Source: Dehalococcoidia bacterium (GTDB lineage Bacteria > Chloroflexota > Dehalococcoidia > UBA2979). Taken from it: 64,000 bases of DNA. The DNA is taken from the NCBI GenBank assembly GCA_041390685.1, contig JAWKPL010000001.1, positions 2,081,581-2,145,580 on the forward strand, in the 5' to 3' direction. Made by a program: the position numbers and the translations under genes. This document shows positions 45,353-53,259 of this stretch, piece after piece; the first letter of the stretch is position 1, and the number at the start of each line of letters is the position of its first letter. The notes under the pieces are model-generated. The model saw only the letters and a program-made list of their open reading frames with translations. It had not been told where the DNA came from and did not search any database.

Positions 45353-47357
45353 TGCCTACGACGCCCTCCGCGAACGCGCCGACGCTGCATGGGCCGCCTG
45401 GCAGCGCCCCGAGCGGCCGCGCATCGCGATCGCCATCGAGACCTCGTCCCTCGCCGGCGGGGCCGGCGATACGCTTCGCGCCCTCGAGGCCGAGATCGGC
45501 CGTCGAGGCGCAGCCGTCGACGTCGGCCGCGTGCACGGCTATGGCCTCCAGTGGCTCCAGCCGCTCGCCGACATCACCTGGCCCGACGGCACACGTGTCC
45601 TCTACGGTCCCGTGACCGCCGGGGACGTCGGTCACCTGATCGACGAAGCGACCGGCCTCATCGGCGCCGCGGCGGGCCTCGCCATCGGCGTGCTGAGCGG
45701 TCGCCGCACCGGCATCCCCCCCATCGAAGACCACCCGTTCCTGGCGGCTGAGACGATGGGCCGCCGCCTCCTCGCCCGCATCGGCCACACCGACCCCGAG
45801 TCGCTCGACCACTACCTCGCGACTGGTGGCTACTTCGCTGTCGACCGCATGCTGAGCCGCCATCAGGACCCCGCGTCCGTGCGCCAGCTCATGATCGATG
45901 CCAACCTCACCGGGCGCGGCGGCGCCTGGTTCCCCGCCGGGATGAAGTGGAACTTCCTCGCCGGCGCCCCCGTCGAGGAGCGCTACCTCATCTGCAACGC
46001 CGACGAGGGCGACCCCGGCGGTTGGGTAAACCGCGTTCTCCTCGAAGGCGACCCGCACCTGATCATCGAGGGCATGCTCACCGCCGCCTTCGCCACCGGC
46101 TCGCAGCACGGCTTCTTCTACATCCGCAATGAGTACCCCCTCGCGGTTCAGCGCATGCGCCAGGCCATCGCCGACGCCACGGCCGCTGGCCTGCTCGGTG
46201 ACGATATTCTCGGCAGCGGCTTCTCCTGCACCCTCGAGGTGATTCGCGGCGCCGGCGCATACGTCTGCGGTGAGGAGACGGGACTGATCTCCTCTGTCCA
46301 GGACGGTCGAGGCATGCCCCGCGTCAAACCGCCCTTCCCGGCGGCCGCGGGCGTCTTCATGAAGCCCTCGAACGTCAACAACGTCGAGACCTACGCCAAC
46401 GTGCCGCTCATCCTCCGCAACGGCGCCGAGTGGTTTCGCCAGGCGGCCAACCCGGCTGGGACGGACATCGGCACCAAGATCTTCTCCTTCTCCGGCGACA
46501 TCCCTCGCGTCGGCTTCATGGAGGTCCCCTTCGGCGTCCCGCTCGCGAAGATCGTCGAGGTCTGCGGCGGCGTGACTGGCGGCGGCAGACTGAAGGCGAT
46601 CCAGGCCGGCGGTCCGCTCGCGGGCTACCTGCCCGGCTCACTCCTTGGCGAGTTGAGCCTCGAGCGCGCCCCCTTCTCGAAGCACAGCGCCCTCATGGGC
46701 GGCGGCGGCATCGTCTTCATCGGCGAGGGCTCCTGCTCCGTCGACCTGAACGTGATGTTCTCCGAGTTCCTCGAAGAGGAGTCGTGCGGCCGCTGCACGA
46801 CTTGCCACCATGGCAACCAGCGCATGCACGAGGTGTTCAGCCGCGTCGCCGCCGGCGGCGGGCGCACCGAGGACCGTCACAACCTCGAGCTCGTTGGCTC
46901 CTCGCTCGCCTACTCCAACTGTGTCCACGGCCAGGCCAGCCCGACGATCATGCGCAACACGCTCCGGCTCTTCGAGGGCGAGTACGAGGCGCACGTCGCC
47001 GGCCACCGCTGCGACGCGCTCCGTTGCGCAGGCATGACGCGCTTCCGCGTGGTCGACCAGAGCGACCCCAACCTGCCGGCCGCCCGCGACATCTGCCCCA
47101 CCGGCGCCATCAAGGGCGAGCCCGGCGCCTTCGAGGTCGACGACGCGCAGTGCGTCCGCTGCGGCGCCTGCACCGACCTCGCCCCGCGCGGCCTCGTCCG
47201 CGAGGCGGCCCCTCCCGGCACCGCCACGCCCGAGCAGCGCGCCCCGAAGCCGCCCGGCGTCCCCGCCGCGGCCGGCCGGGTCCCGCTGCCCTTCCAGACG
47301 ACCGTGATCGCCCGCGCCGAGGGCGGCATGGGCGGTCCGCCGCCCTTCCGCCGCTAG
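45327..47357 (+). CDS. nuoF: NuoF/HoxF-like NAD(H)-binding FMN/[4Fe-4S] subunit with extra N-terminal and C-terminal ferredoxin-type domains
   Basis: GRGGAWFPAGMKW, NADEGDPG, ESCGRCTTCHHG and a C-terminal CVRCGACTDLAP. Confidence 0.88.
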   Translation: MERTPPVSDAYDALRERADAAWAAWQRPERPRIAIAIETSSLAGGAGDTLRALEAEIGRRGAAVDVGRVHGYGLQWLQPLADITWPDGTRVLYGPVTAGDVGHLIDEATGLIGAAAGLAIGVLSGRRTGIPPIEDHPFLAAETMGRRLLARIGHTDPESLDHYLATGGYFAVDRMLSRHQDPASVRQLMIDANLTGRGGAWFPAGMKWNFLAGAPVEERYLICNADEGDPGGWVNRVLLEGDPHLIIEGMLTAAFATGSQHGFFYIRNEYPLAVQRMRQAIADATAAGLLGDDILGSGFSCTLEVIRGAGAYVCGEETGLISSVQDGRGMPRVKPPFPAAAGVFMKPSNVNNVETYANVPLILRNGAEWFRQAANPAGTDIGTKIFSFSGDIPRVGFMEVPFGVPLAKIVEVCGGVTGGGRLKAIQAGGPLAGYLPGSLLGELSLERAPFSKHSALMGGGGIVFIGEGSCSVDLNVMFSEFLEEESCGRCTTCHHGNQRMHEVFSRVAAGGGRTEDRHNLELVGSSLAYSNCVHGQASPTIMRNTLRLFEGEYEAHVAGHRCDALRCAGMTRFRVVDQSDPNLPAARDICPTGAIKGEPGAFEVDDAQCVRCGACTDLAPRGLVREAAPPGTATPEQRAPKPPGVPAAAGRVPLPFQTTVIARAEGGMGGPPPFRR

Positions 47358-49588
47358 CCTCGTCCCGTCCGTCCCGGCGGGAGGTCCGCGTCAGCGTGCC
47401 CCCACACGCCAGCCGCGGACCGCATATGCGTGTCGATCGCGGCGGCCAGCTCCTCGGTCGTCTCGATACGCAGCCGCCGCGCGAGGTACGCGAACGCCTG
47501 TGAGTCGCGCGGCGGGATGGTGAGGTCTTTCGCGTTCCCGCGCACCACCCGCAGCCCGTCGATCAACCGGCGCAAGAACGAGTACGCATCGCCCAGCCGC
47601 TCCCCGCTTCCAGCGTCGAGCGCTCCTGCGGCGACGAGCCGCGCGATCGCCTCGCGGGTCCCGGTGACGCGCACCGAGGGCTCGGTTGCCCCGCTCTCGA
47701 TTTGACGAGCCTGCACGAAGTACTCGATGTCCACCACGCCGCCCGCGCTGTGCTTGGCGCTCACCTCGCCCGCGGGCACCAGCTCCCTCGCCTGCCGCCC
47801 GCGCAGATGGCGCACGTTCTCGAGGTCGAGCGGTGCGCCGGAGTACACGAACGTGTCGCGCGCCTCGACCACCCGCCGCGCAAGGTCCGCGTCACCCGCC
47901 ACGGGCCGCAGCTTCACCAGCGCCATCCGCTCGAACTGCTGCGCCTCACCGTCCCCCGCGTAGTACCGCTTGAACCCTTCGAGGCTTGTCGCGAGCGACC
48001 CGGCGTTCCCGTGCGGGCGCAGTCGTAGGTCGATCTCGAAGATCCCTTCGCTGCGTGTGACGATCGTCCGTAACAACTCCTGCACGCACGCGTCGAAGTA
48101 CTCGGCGTTCGACACCGGCTCGGGGCCGTCCGTGAGCCCCTCCCCCTCGTACACGAACAGCAGCTCGATGTCCGAGGCGAACCCCAGCTCCCGCCCCCCG
48201 AACTTCCCCAGCGCGCACGTCACCCAGCCGCACGGCTGTCCGGTCGCGTCTCGAGGCCGGCCGTGCCGCATCGCCACGGACTCCTCCGCGAGCGCTGCCG
48301 CTGCCTCCACCACCGCCTCCGCGAGCGCTGACAGCTCATCCGCGAACGCCCCGAAGTCGGTCCGTCCGCTGATGTGCCGCAGGTCGATGCGAAACATCTC
48401 GCGGTCCTTGAACGCGTTCAGCGCCCGTCGCCGCGCTGCGAGGTCACCCGCCCCTTCGAGGCGGCCCCGCAGCAGCCGCCGCAACTCCTCGGCAGGCCGC
48501 TCCGCGTCCAGTCCTGGCAGGTCGCCCAGCACCGGGAACAGGTTCTCGTGCTGGATACGCAGGAAGTCCTCCCACAGGAACTCGGACACGCCCATCAGCT
48601 CCGCCAGCGTCCGCAGCACGTCCCCGGACTCCAGGTCGCGCAGCTCGGAGGTCCATTCAGGCCGCGACAGCAGTTGACGCGTCAGCGCGCTGAACTGCCG
48701 CAGCGCCTGCGCCGGGTTTGGCGAGCGGGGCAGCAGTAACGTGAACTGCTTGATCAGGGCCGCCGCCACGCGCAGCTGGTCGAGGCGCGCCGCCGACCCA
48801 ATCCGTCCGCGGCCCGGCCCCTCCGTCACCCAGAACGTGTCCAGCGTCTGTCCGTCCACCGTGCGCACTTCGGCACGCTCGATGTTGACCTGCAGCAGCG
48901 CGAGCGCGTTCGTGAACTCGAACAGGAACCCCGGGGCGTCCTCCGCACGTATGCGGAGCACCGTCGAGGTCTCGGACGCGGCGTTGTCGACCTCCACCAG
49001 CGTCGCCGCCAGCGGCGCTTCGTCGGACCGCACCGCTCTCAGCACGTCGCTCACCCGCGTGATGACCCGGTCGCGCGCCGCCTCCCCCTGCCCCGAGATG
49101 ATCAGTTTCATCAAATCGCCGAGGTCCGCCTCGAACCGGCCCCAGAACGCTGCGTCGGCGGCCTCCCGCCGCACCTCGAACACGTCGAGGACGCGGCGCC
49201 GGGCCGGCGCGCTCCCCGTCGCCACGCGTCGAGGCCGCCCCGTGCGCGCGTCCACGCGCACGACCGTTTCCGTCCCTCCCGGCGCTTCGACGGTGAAGAC
49301 GTCCCCCGCCTCGATATCGATGCCGCACGCGGTGCACAGCCCGGCGATGAGGGACAGCGCGCCCACGGCGTCTTCGCAGCTGATCGCCAGCGACCACCGG
49401 TCGCCATCGATCTGGTCCGCCGCCATCGCGAGGCTCGCGCCGGCGCCCACCTCGTTGAGCAACGCGACGTGCCGGCTCGCCGCCGCATCGTCGAATCGCG
49501 CGTACGCCGCGCCGAGCTGAGCGCGCAGCGCACCGGGCGTGAGCCCCTCCGAGGCGTGTCGCATGGCATCCGTGTGCGGTGTTTGCAT
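47354..49588 (-). CDS. ACT-ACT-GlnE-like nucleotidyltransferase (single adenylyl-transferase/removase-type half)
   Basis: Two N-terminal ACT-like modules are visible (LAISCEDAVGALSLIAGLCTACGIDIEAGDVFT; VLRIRAEDAPGFLFEFTNALALLQVNIERAEVRTVDGQTLDTFWV). The GlnE-type core follows (GKFGGRELGFASDIELLFVYEGEG, IDLRLRPHGNAGSLA). The start is ambiguous; I prefer ATG at 49588 over 49654, because 49654 would leave only a 2-nt gap to the divergent gene. Confidence 0.75.
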   Translation of the reverse strand: MQTPHTDAMRHASEGLTPGALRAQLGAAYARFDDAAASRHVALLNEVGAGASLAMAADQIDGDRWSLAISCEDAVGALSLIAGLCTACGIDIEAGDVFTVEAPGGTETVVRVDARTGRPRRVATGSAPARRRVLDVFEVRREAADAAFWGRFEADLGDLMKLIISGQGEAARDRVITRVSDVLRAVRSDEAPLAATLVEVDNAASETSTVLRIRAEDAPGFLFEFTNALALLQVNIERAEVRTVDGQTLDTFWVTEGPGRGRIGSAARLDQLRVAAALIKQFTLLLPRSPNPAQALRQFSALTRQLLSRPEWTSELRDLESGDVLRTLAELMGVSEFLWEDFLRIQHENLFPVLGDLPGLDAERPAEELRRLLRGRLEGAGDLAARRRALNAFKDREMFRIDLRHISGRTDFGAFADELSALAEAVVEAAAALAEESVAMRHGRPRDATGQPCGWVTCALGKFGGRELGFASDIELLFVYEGEGLTDGPEPVSNAEYFDACVQELLRTIVTRSEGIFEIDLRLRPHGNAGSLATSLEGFKRYYAGDGEAQQFERMALVKLRPVAGDADLARRVVEARDTFVYSGAPLDLENVRHLRGRQARELVPAGEVSAKHSAGGVVDIEYFVQARQIESGATEPSVRVTGTREAIARLVAAGALDAGSGERLGDAYSFLRRLIDGLRVVRGNAKDLTIPPRDSQAFAYLARRLRIETTEELAAAIDTHMRSAAGVWGHADADLPPGRTGRG

Positions 49589-49656
49589 CGCAGCTATCGT
49601 ATCGCCACGGTCTCGTCCGGTTGCGCCAGCCGCCTCGAACAGGCACACACTCATCT

Positions 49657-50856
49657 ATGGACAGCGACGTCCCCCGCCTCCTCGCGAAGTTCGAGAGCGG
49701 CGCCCTGCGCCGACCGGACCCCGCCCGCCCCAACGTCGTTGACCTCGCCTCTGCCGTGTGGTCGGTCGCAGGCGTCCCGGGGCTCGAACGCACCCCGGCC
49801 GCTCGCGCCATCGAGGCGCAGCTCGCGGGCCGCGATCACCTCATCTTCGTGCTCGCGGACGGCCTCGGCCAGCAACTCCTCGAGTCGATGCCCTCCGCTG
49901 GCTTCCTCTGGACCCACCTCAACGGCACCCTCGACACCGTCTTCCCGTCGACGACGGCCGTTGCCCTCACCACCTTCGCCACCGCTGCCTGGCCGGCGAC
50001 GCACGGTGTGGTCGGCCACTACGTCCATCTCGATGGCGTCGGCGCGGTCGCGCCGCTCCACGGCTCGACGCGTTCCGACGGCCACCCTGTCCCCGAGGCG
50101 AACGGCGATGGTCGCCTCTTCCTCGCCCCCTCGCTCGCCCCGAAGGTGCCCCGGCCCGCACTCTCGCTGCTCCCCGCCGCCGTCGTGAACAGCCCCTTCA
50201 CCGCCTACGCGACAGCCGCCCCGCGCGCCGGCTATCGCAGCCTGACCGAGGCCGTCGATCTCGCTATCGAGTTCATCGACGCCGCCCGCGAGCCCTCGTT
50301 CACGTACCTCTACGTCTCACGCATCGATGAGACGGTCCACGAACTCGGCCCGCTGCGCCTTGAGGTGGTCGGCGCCGTGGGCGACCTCGCGCGCGCCCTC
50401 GAACGCCTCGCGGCCGCGGTGGGCGGCCGGGCTCGCATCGTGCTCAGCGCCGACCACGGCCACCTGGTTGTCCGCCCGTCGTCGCGCCGTGTGATCCGAG
50501 GCGCGGACGCGCTTGCCGGCATGCTCGCCGGCGCCCCCACCGGCGACGCACGCACCGTGTTCTTCCACCTGCAGCCCGGCGCCCTCGATGCCTTCGCTGA
50601 CCGCTTCCGCGAGCGGTTCGGCGTCGCCTACTGCCTCCTGACTCCTGACGAGGTCGACGAGCTCCGCCTCCTCGGCCCCGCCCCTCTGCCTGCCGAGACA
50701 AAACGACGCCTCGGTGACCTCGTCGCGATCTCCTTTGGCGACGACACGCTCGAGGTGCGCCCGAAGGGCGCCCCCGCCGACCGCCGACTCGCCTGGCCGT
50801 CGCACCACTCCGGCCTCACCGCCGCCGAGGTGCGCGTCCCCCTCGTGATCGTGTAA
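49657..50856 (+). CDS. Alkaline-phosphatase-superfamily protein (nucleotide pyrophosphatase/phosphodiesterase-like)
   Basis: Trimmed to ATG at 49657 (MDSDVPRLL). FVLADGLG, VFPSTTAVALTTFATAAWPATHG and SADHGH are the metal and nucleophile motifs of the superfamily. Confidence 0.75.
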   Translation: MDSDVPRLLAKFESGALRRPDPARPNVVDLASAVWSVAGVPGLERTPAARAIEAQLAGRDHLIFVLADGLGQQLLESMPSAGFLWTHLNGTLDTVFPSTTAVALTTFATAAWPATHGVVGHYVHLDGVGAVAPLHGSTRSDGHPVPEANGDGRLFLAPSLAPKVPRPALSLLPAAVVNSPFTAYATAAPRAGYRSLTEAVDLAIEFIDAAREPSFTYLYVSRIDETVHELGPLRLEVVGAVGDLARALERLAAAVGGRARIVLSADHGHLVVRPSSRRVIRGADALAGMLAGAPTGDARTVFFHLQPGALDAFADRFRERFGVAYCLLTPDEVDELRLLGPAPLPAETKRRLGDLVAISFGDDTLEVRPKGAPADRRLAWPSHHSGLTAAEVRVPLVIV

Positions 50857-50921
50857 CGCTCGCGCGCTGCGGGCGACGTGGTCCCGTCGACCATGGGCCC
50901 CAAACGACCGGACCGCCGCGC

Positions 50922-51716
50922 CTACCCGAGCCGCGTGATCCGCACCGCGAAGTCACTCGTGTCCGGCGCTTCCGCGAGGGCGCTATCGATGACGAGGGCA
51001 ACCGCCCAGATCGCTGCCGCGACCGACCATTCCGGAAGGAGCACCTTCACGCCCGGTCGGGCGGAAGCGAGACCTCCGGCGGTTGGCGCGTCGGCGGGCG
51101 GGCGAATAGCGAAGTGGGCCGGCGTGCCCGTGACCCACTCGAATCGGAACAACGTCCCGGCAACCTCCCCGAGTTGACTGGCCCACCGGGTACCATCGCG
51201 ACCGCCGAGCATGTCCTGATCGGTCGCGATGAACGCGACGGCCGGCGGACCGGAGGTCGTGCTGAACCAGGCAAGCCACTGCACGAGTCGGCGTAGCGAA
51301 GACCCACCGCCGCGCCGCATGGAACTCACAGTGAATTGCAGGCCCGAGATCTCGACGCGTCCGAATCGGCGGAGGGTATCGTGAAGGCACTCGCCCACGG
51401 ACGGGAGGGCGACCGCGACGGGAACCCCCGCCGCCACTCCGATCTGAGCCCAGGCGAGCCGCCCCGAGTCTGACGAGTCGCGGTCGTCGGACAACTCGGC
51501 CTCGTGTACTGACCACAGCGCGCTACGTCCTCGGGCGCCAGTTGGCGGCGCACCCCCCGTCTCGCTCGTGACCGACCAGCCCATCATCTCCGCGCGAGAC
51601 AAGAACAGCGACCACACGGTGCCCTCGGCGATGTGGACGCTCTCACGTCGTGCGAAGGTACCGAAGGCCTCCACAACGACGTTGGCGTCATCATTTCGCG
51701 GTGGCTGGTGTGCCAA
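50922..51716 (-). CDS. Hypothetical protein, paralogue A of an uncharacterised family (see 60842-61624)
   Basis: 264 aa with a TTG start. It shows full-length collinear similarity to the 260-aa ORF at 60842-61624 (WSLFLSRAEMMGW / WSVFRTRAEMMGW; ALWSVHEAEL / ALWSTHEAEL; RLAWAQIGV / RLGWAQVGI; LPEWSVAAAIW / MPEWSNAAAAW). This paralogy supports the frame over competing ORFs. Confidence 0.65.
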   Translation of the reverse strand: MAHQPPRNDDANVVVEAFGTFARRESVHIAEGTVWSLFLSRAEMMGWSVTSETGGAPPTGARGRSALWSVHEAELSDDRDSSDSGRLAWAQIGVAAGVPVAVALPSVGECLHDTLRRFGRVEISGLQFTVSSMRRGGGSSLRRLVQWLAWFSTTSGPPAVAFIATDQDMLGGRDGTRWASQLGEVAGTLFRFEWVTGTPAHFAIRPPADAPTAGGLASARPGVKVLLPEWSVAAAIWAVALVIDSALAEAPDTSDFAVRITRLG

Positions 51717-51849
51717 GTTCGCCCTCCAGGCCTGGGCCGATCCGCCGGGTCACTACATACACGAGGCGAACTGCCGTCAACTCGAACAGCTGGCCCGGTC
51801 GTGCATCTACATCGGGGGTCGCCGGATGTCCCGTTGCCTCCTGCGCCGC

Positions 51850-52704
51850 TCACGGCACGGGCGCGAACCCCTCATCCCCCTCCAGCAACGGCCGCCGAGG
51901 CCCCAGCACCCGTTCGATGACCGCGCGCGCCTTCGCGTACTCGCGCGGCGTCCACCCGTCCTCGCGCGCCATCCGCAGCGTCTCGATCCGCGTCCCCGCC
52001 GCGAAGACCCTCGAAGGCGGCTGCATGTACTGCGACACGTACTCCGCCGCCTCGAGCGAGGCGATCTCGCGCGCGATCCCTTCGAGGTCATCCATCGGCA
52101 GCATCGGACTCACCGAGATCCCGATGGGTACCCCCGCCTCGACGAGCGCGTGCGCCGTCCGGAGCCGCGCCTTGATCGACGGCGCACTTGGCTCGTACCG
52201 CAGCCGCACCCGCTCCGAATCCGTCGTCACCGTGATGTTGACGCGGATGCGCTCGAACCGCCGGAACAGGTCGATGTCCCGCGCGGCGATCGGGCTCCGC
52301 GTCTGCACCGTCAGCCGCGGCTGCACACCACACTCGAGCACCGTCTCGAGGATCGACCGCGTGATCCTCAGCCGCTGCTCAGCCGGCTGGTACGGGTCGG
52401 TGGCGCTCGACATGTACACCGCGTCGCCGGAACACAACGTCCCGTCTGCGCACGCCCGCGCGATGAGCCTCGCCGCGTTCCGCTTCGCCGACGCCCACTC
52501 CCCCCACGTGCGGCGCTTCTCCTCCGTCGGCGCGAACGCGCGTGCGTAACAGTACTCACAGGCAAACCGGCACCCCGAGTACGGATTGAGCGTGTACCGG
52601 TACGCCTTGATGAACCCCGAGGCAGGCGTCAGGATCGTGCGCGCCTCGGTGAATCGGACGCCCGCGGGCATCACATCGGGCGTCGCGAGTGCTGAACGTG
52701 TCAT
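51850..52704 (-). CDS. Radical SAM protein, SplB / DNA-repair-photolyase-like (COG1533 type)
   Basis: NPYSGCRFACEYCYA is the CxxxCxxC cluster motif. Trimmed to ATG at 52704. Confidence 0.8.
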   Translation of the reverse strand: MTRSALATPDVMPAGVRFTEARTILTPASGFIKAYRYTLNPYSGCRFACEYCYARAFAPTEEKRRTWGEWASAKRNAARLIARACADGTLCSGDAVYMSSATDPYQPAEQRLRITRSILETVLECGVQPRLTVQTRSPIAARDIDLFRRFERIRVNITVTTDSERVRLRYEPSAPSIKARLRTAHALVEAGVPIGISVSPMLPMDDLEGIAREIASLEAAEYVSQYMQPPSRVFAAGTRIETLRMAREDGWTPREYAKARAVIERVLGPRRPLLEGDEGFAPVP

Positions 52705-52776
52705 GGCGCTCGTAATATCGCACGACGCCCCGATCTCCAAGCGACCGTGACACCTCGACGTAGCTCCCGCCCGCCT

Positions 52777-53172
52777 CTAGAACCGCACGAGCACCGCAGC
52801 GAGGTGCGTCACCGACCCCGTCGCCGGGCTCGAGTCGTACACCTGCACGAACCCCGGCGACCCGGGCGTCGTGGGCGTGAACGTCACCGAGGCCGAGAAC
52901 GGCCCCCGCTGCCCCAGCGGCGCCGTCACCGACGCCGTCCCCGTCCCGATCACCGTGTTCGAGGCGTCCCGAACCTCCACCGACAGCTGATTGTGCTGTG
53001 TCGCCTGCCCCATCCCGGTCACGGACACCGGGCTGCTGATCGTCGCCCCCGAGGTGGGGGTCGAGATGACGATCCGTTCTCCCGGGCATCCCAGTAGCCG
53101 GCAGAGCCAGCCTCGCAGCCATCCCATCGCAGTCCTCCCATCAGCTGAGGCATCACGAACGTCGTGCGTCAC
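52777..53172 (-). CDS. Gmad2-like immunoglobulin-fold protein, possibly a lipoprotein
   Basis: ISSPVSVTGMGQATQHNQLSVEVRDASNTVIGTG...GFVQVYDSSPATG resembles the C-terminal domain of the 10966-11541 lipoprotein. A possible shorter start is Met16 (53127), with LLGC. Confidence 0.6.
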   Translation of the reverse strand: MTHDVRDASADGRTAMGWLRGWLCRLLGCPGERIVISTPTSGATISSPVSVTGMGQATQHNQLSVEVRDASNTVIGTGTASVTAPLGQRGPFSASVTFTPTTPGSPGFVQVYDSSPATGSVTHLAAVLVRF

Positions 53173-53259
53173 CCGCGGCCGATGTTACTCGCACGTAGCC
53201 ACTGCCCTCCCTGACTCCGATACGCTGGATGGGAAGCGATACGCACGCGAGGGACGTTG

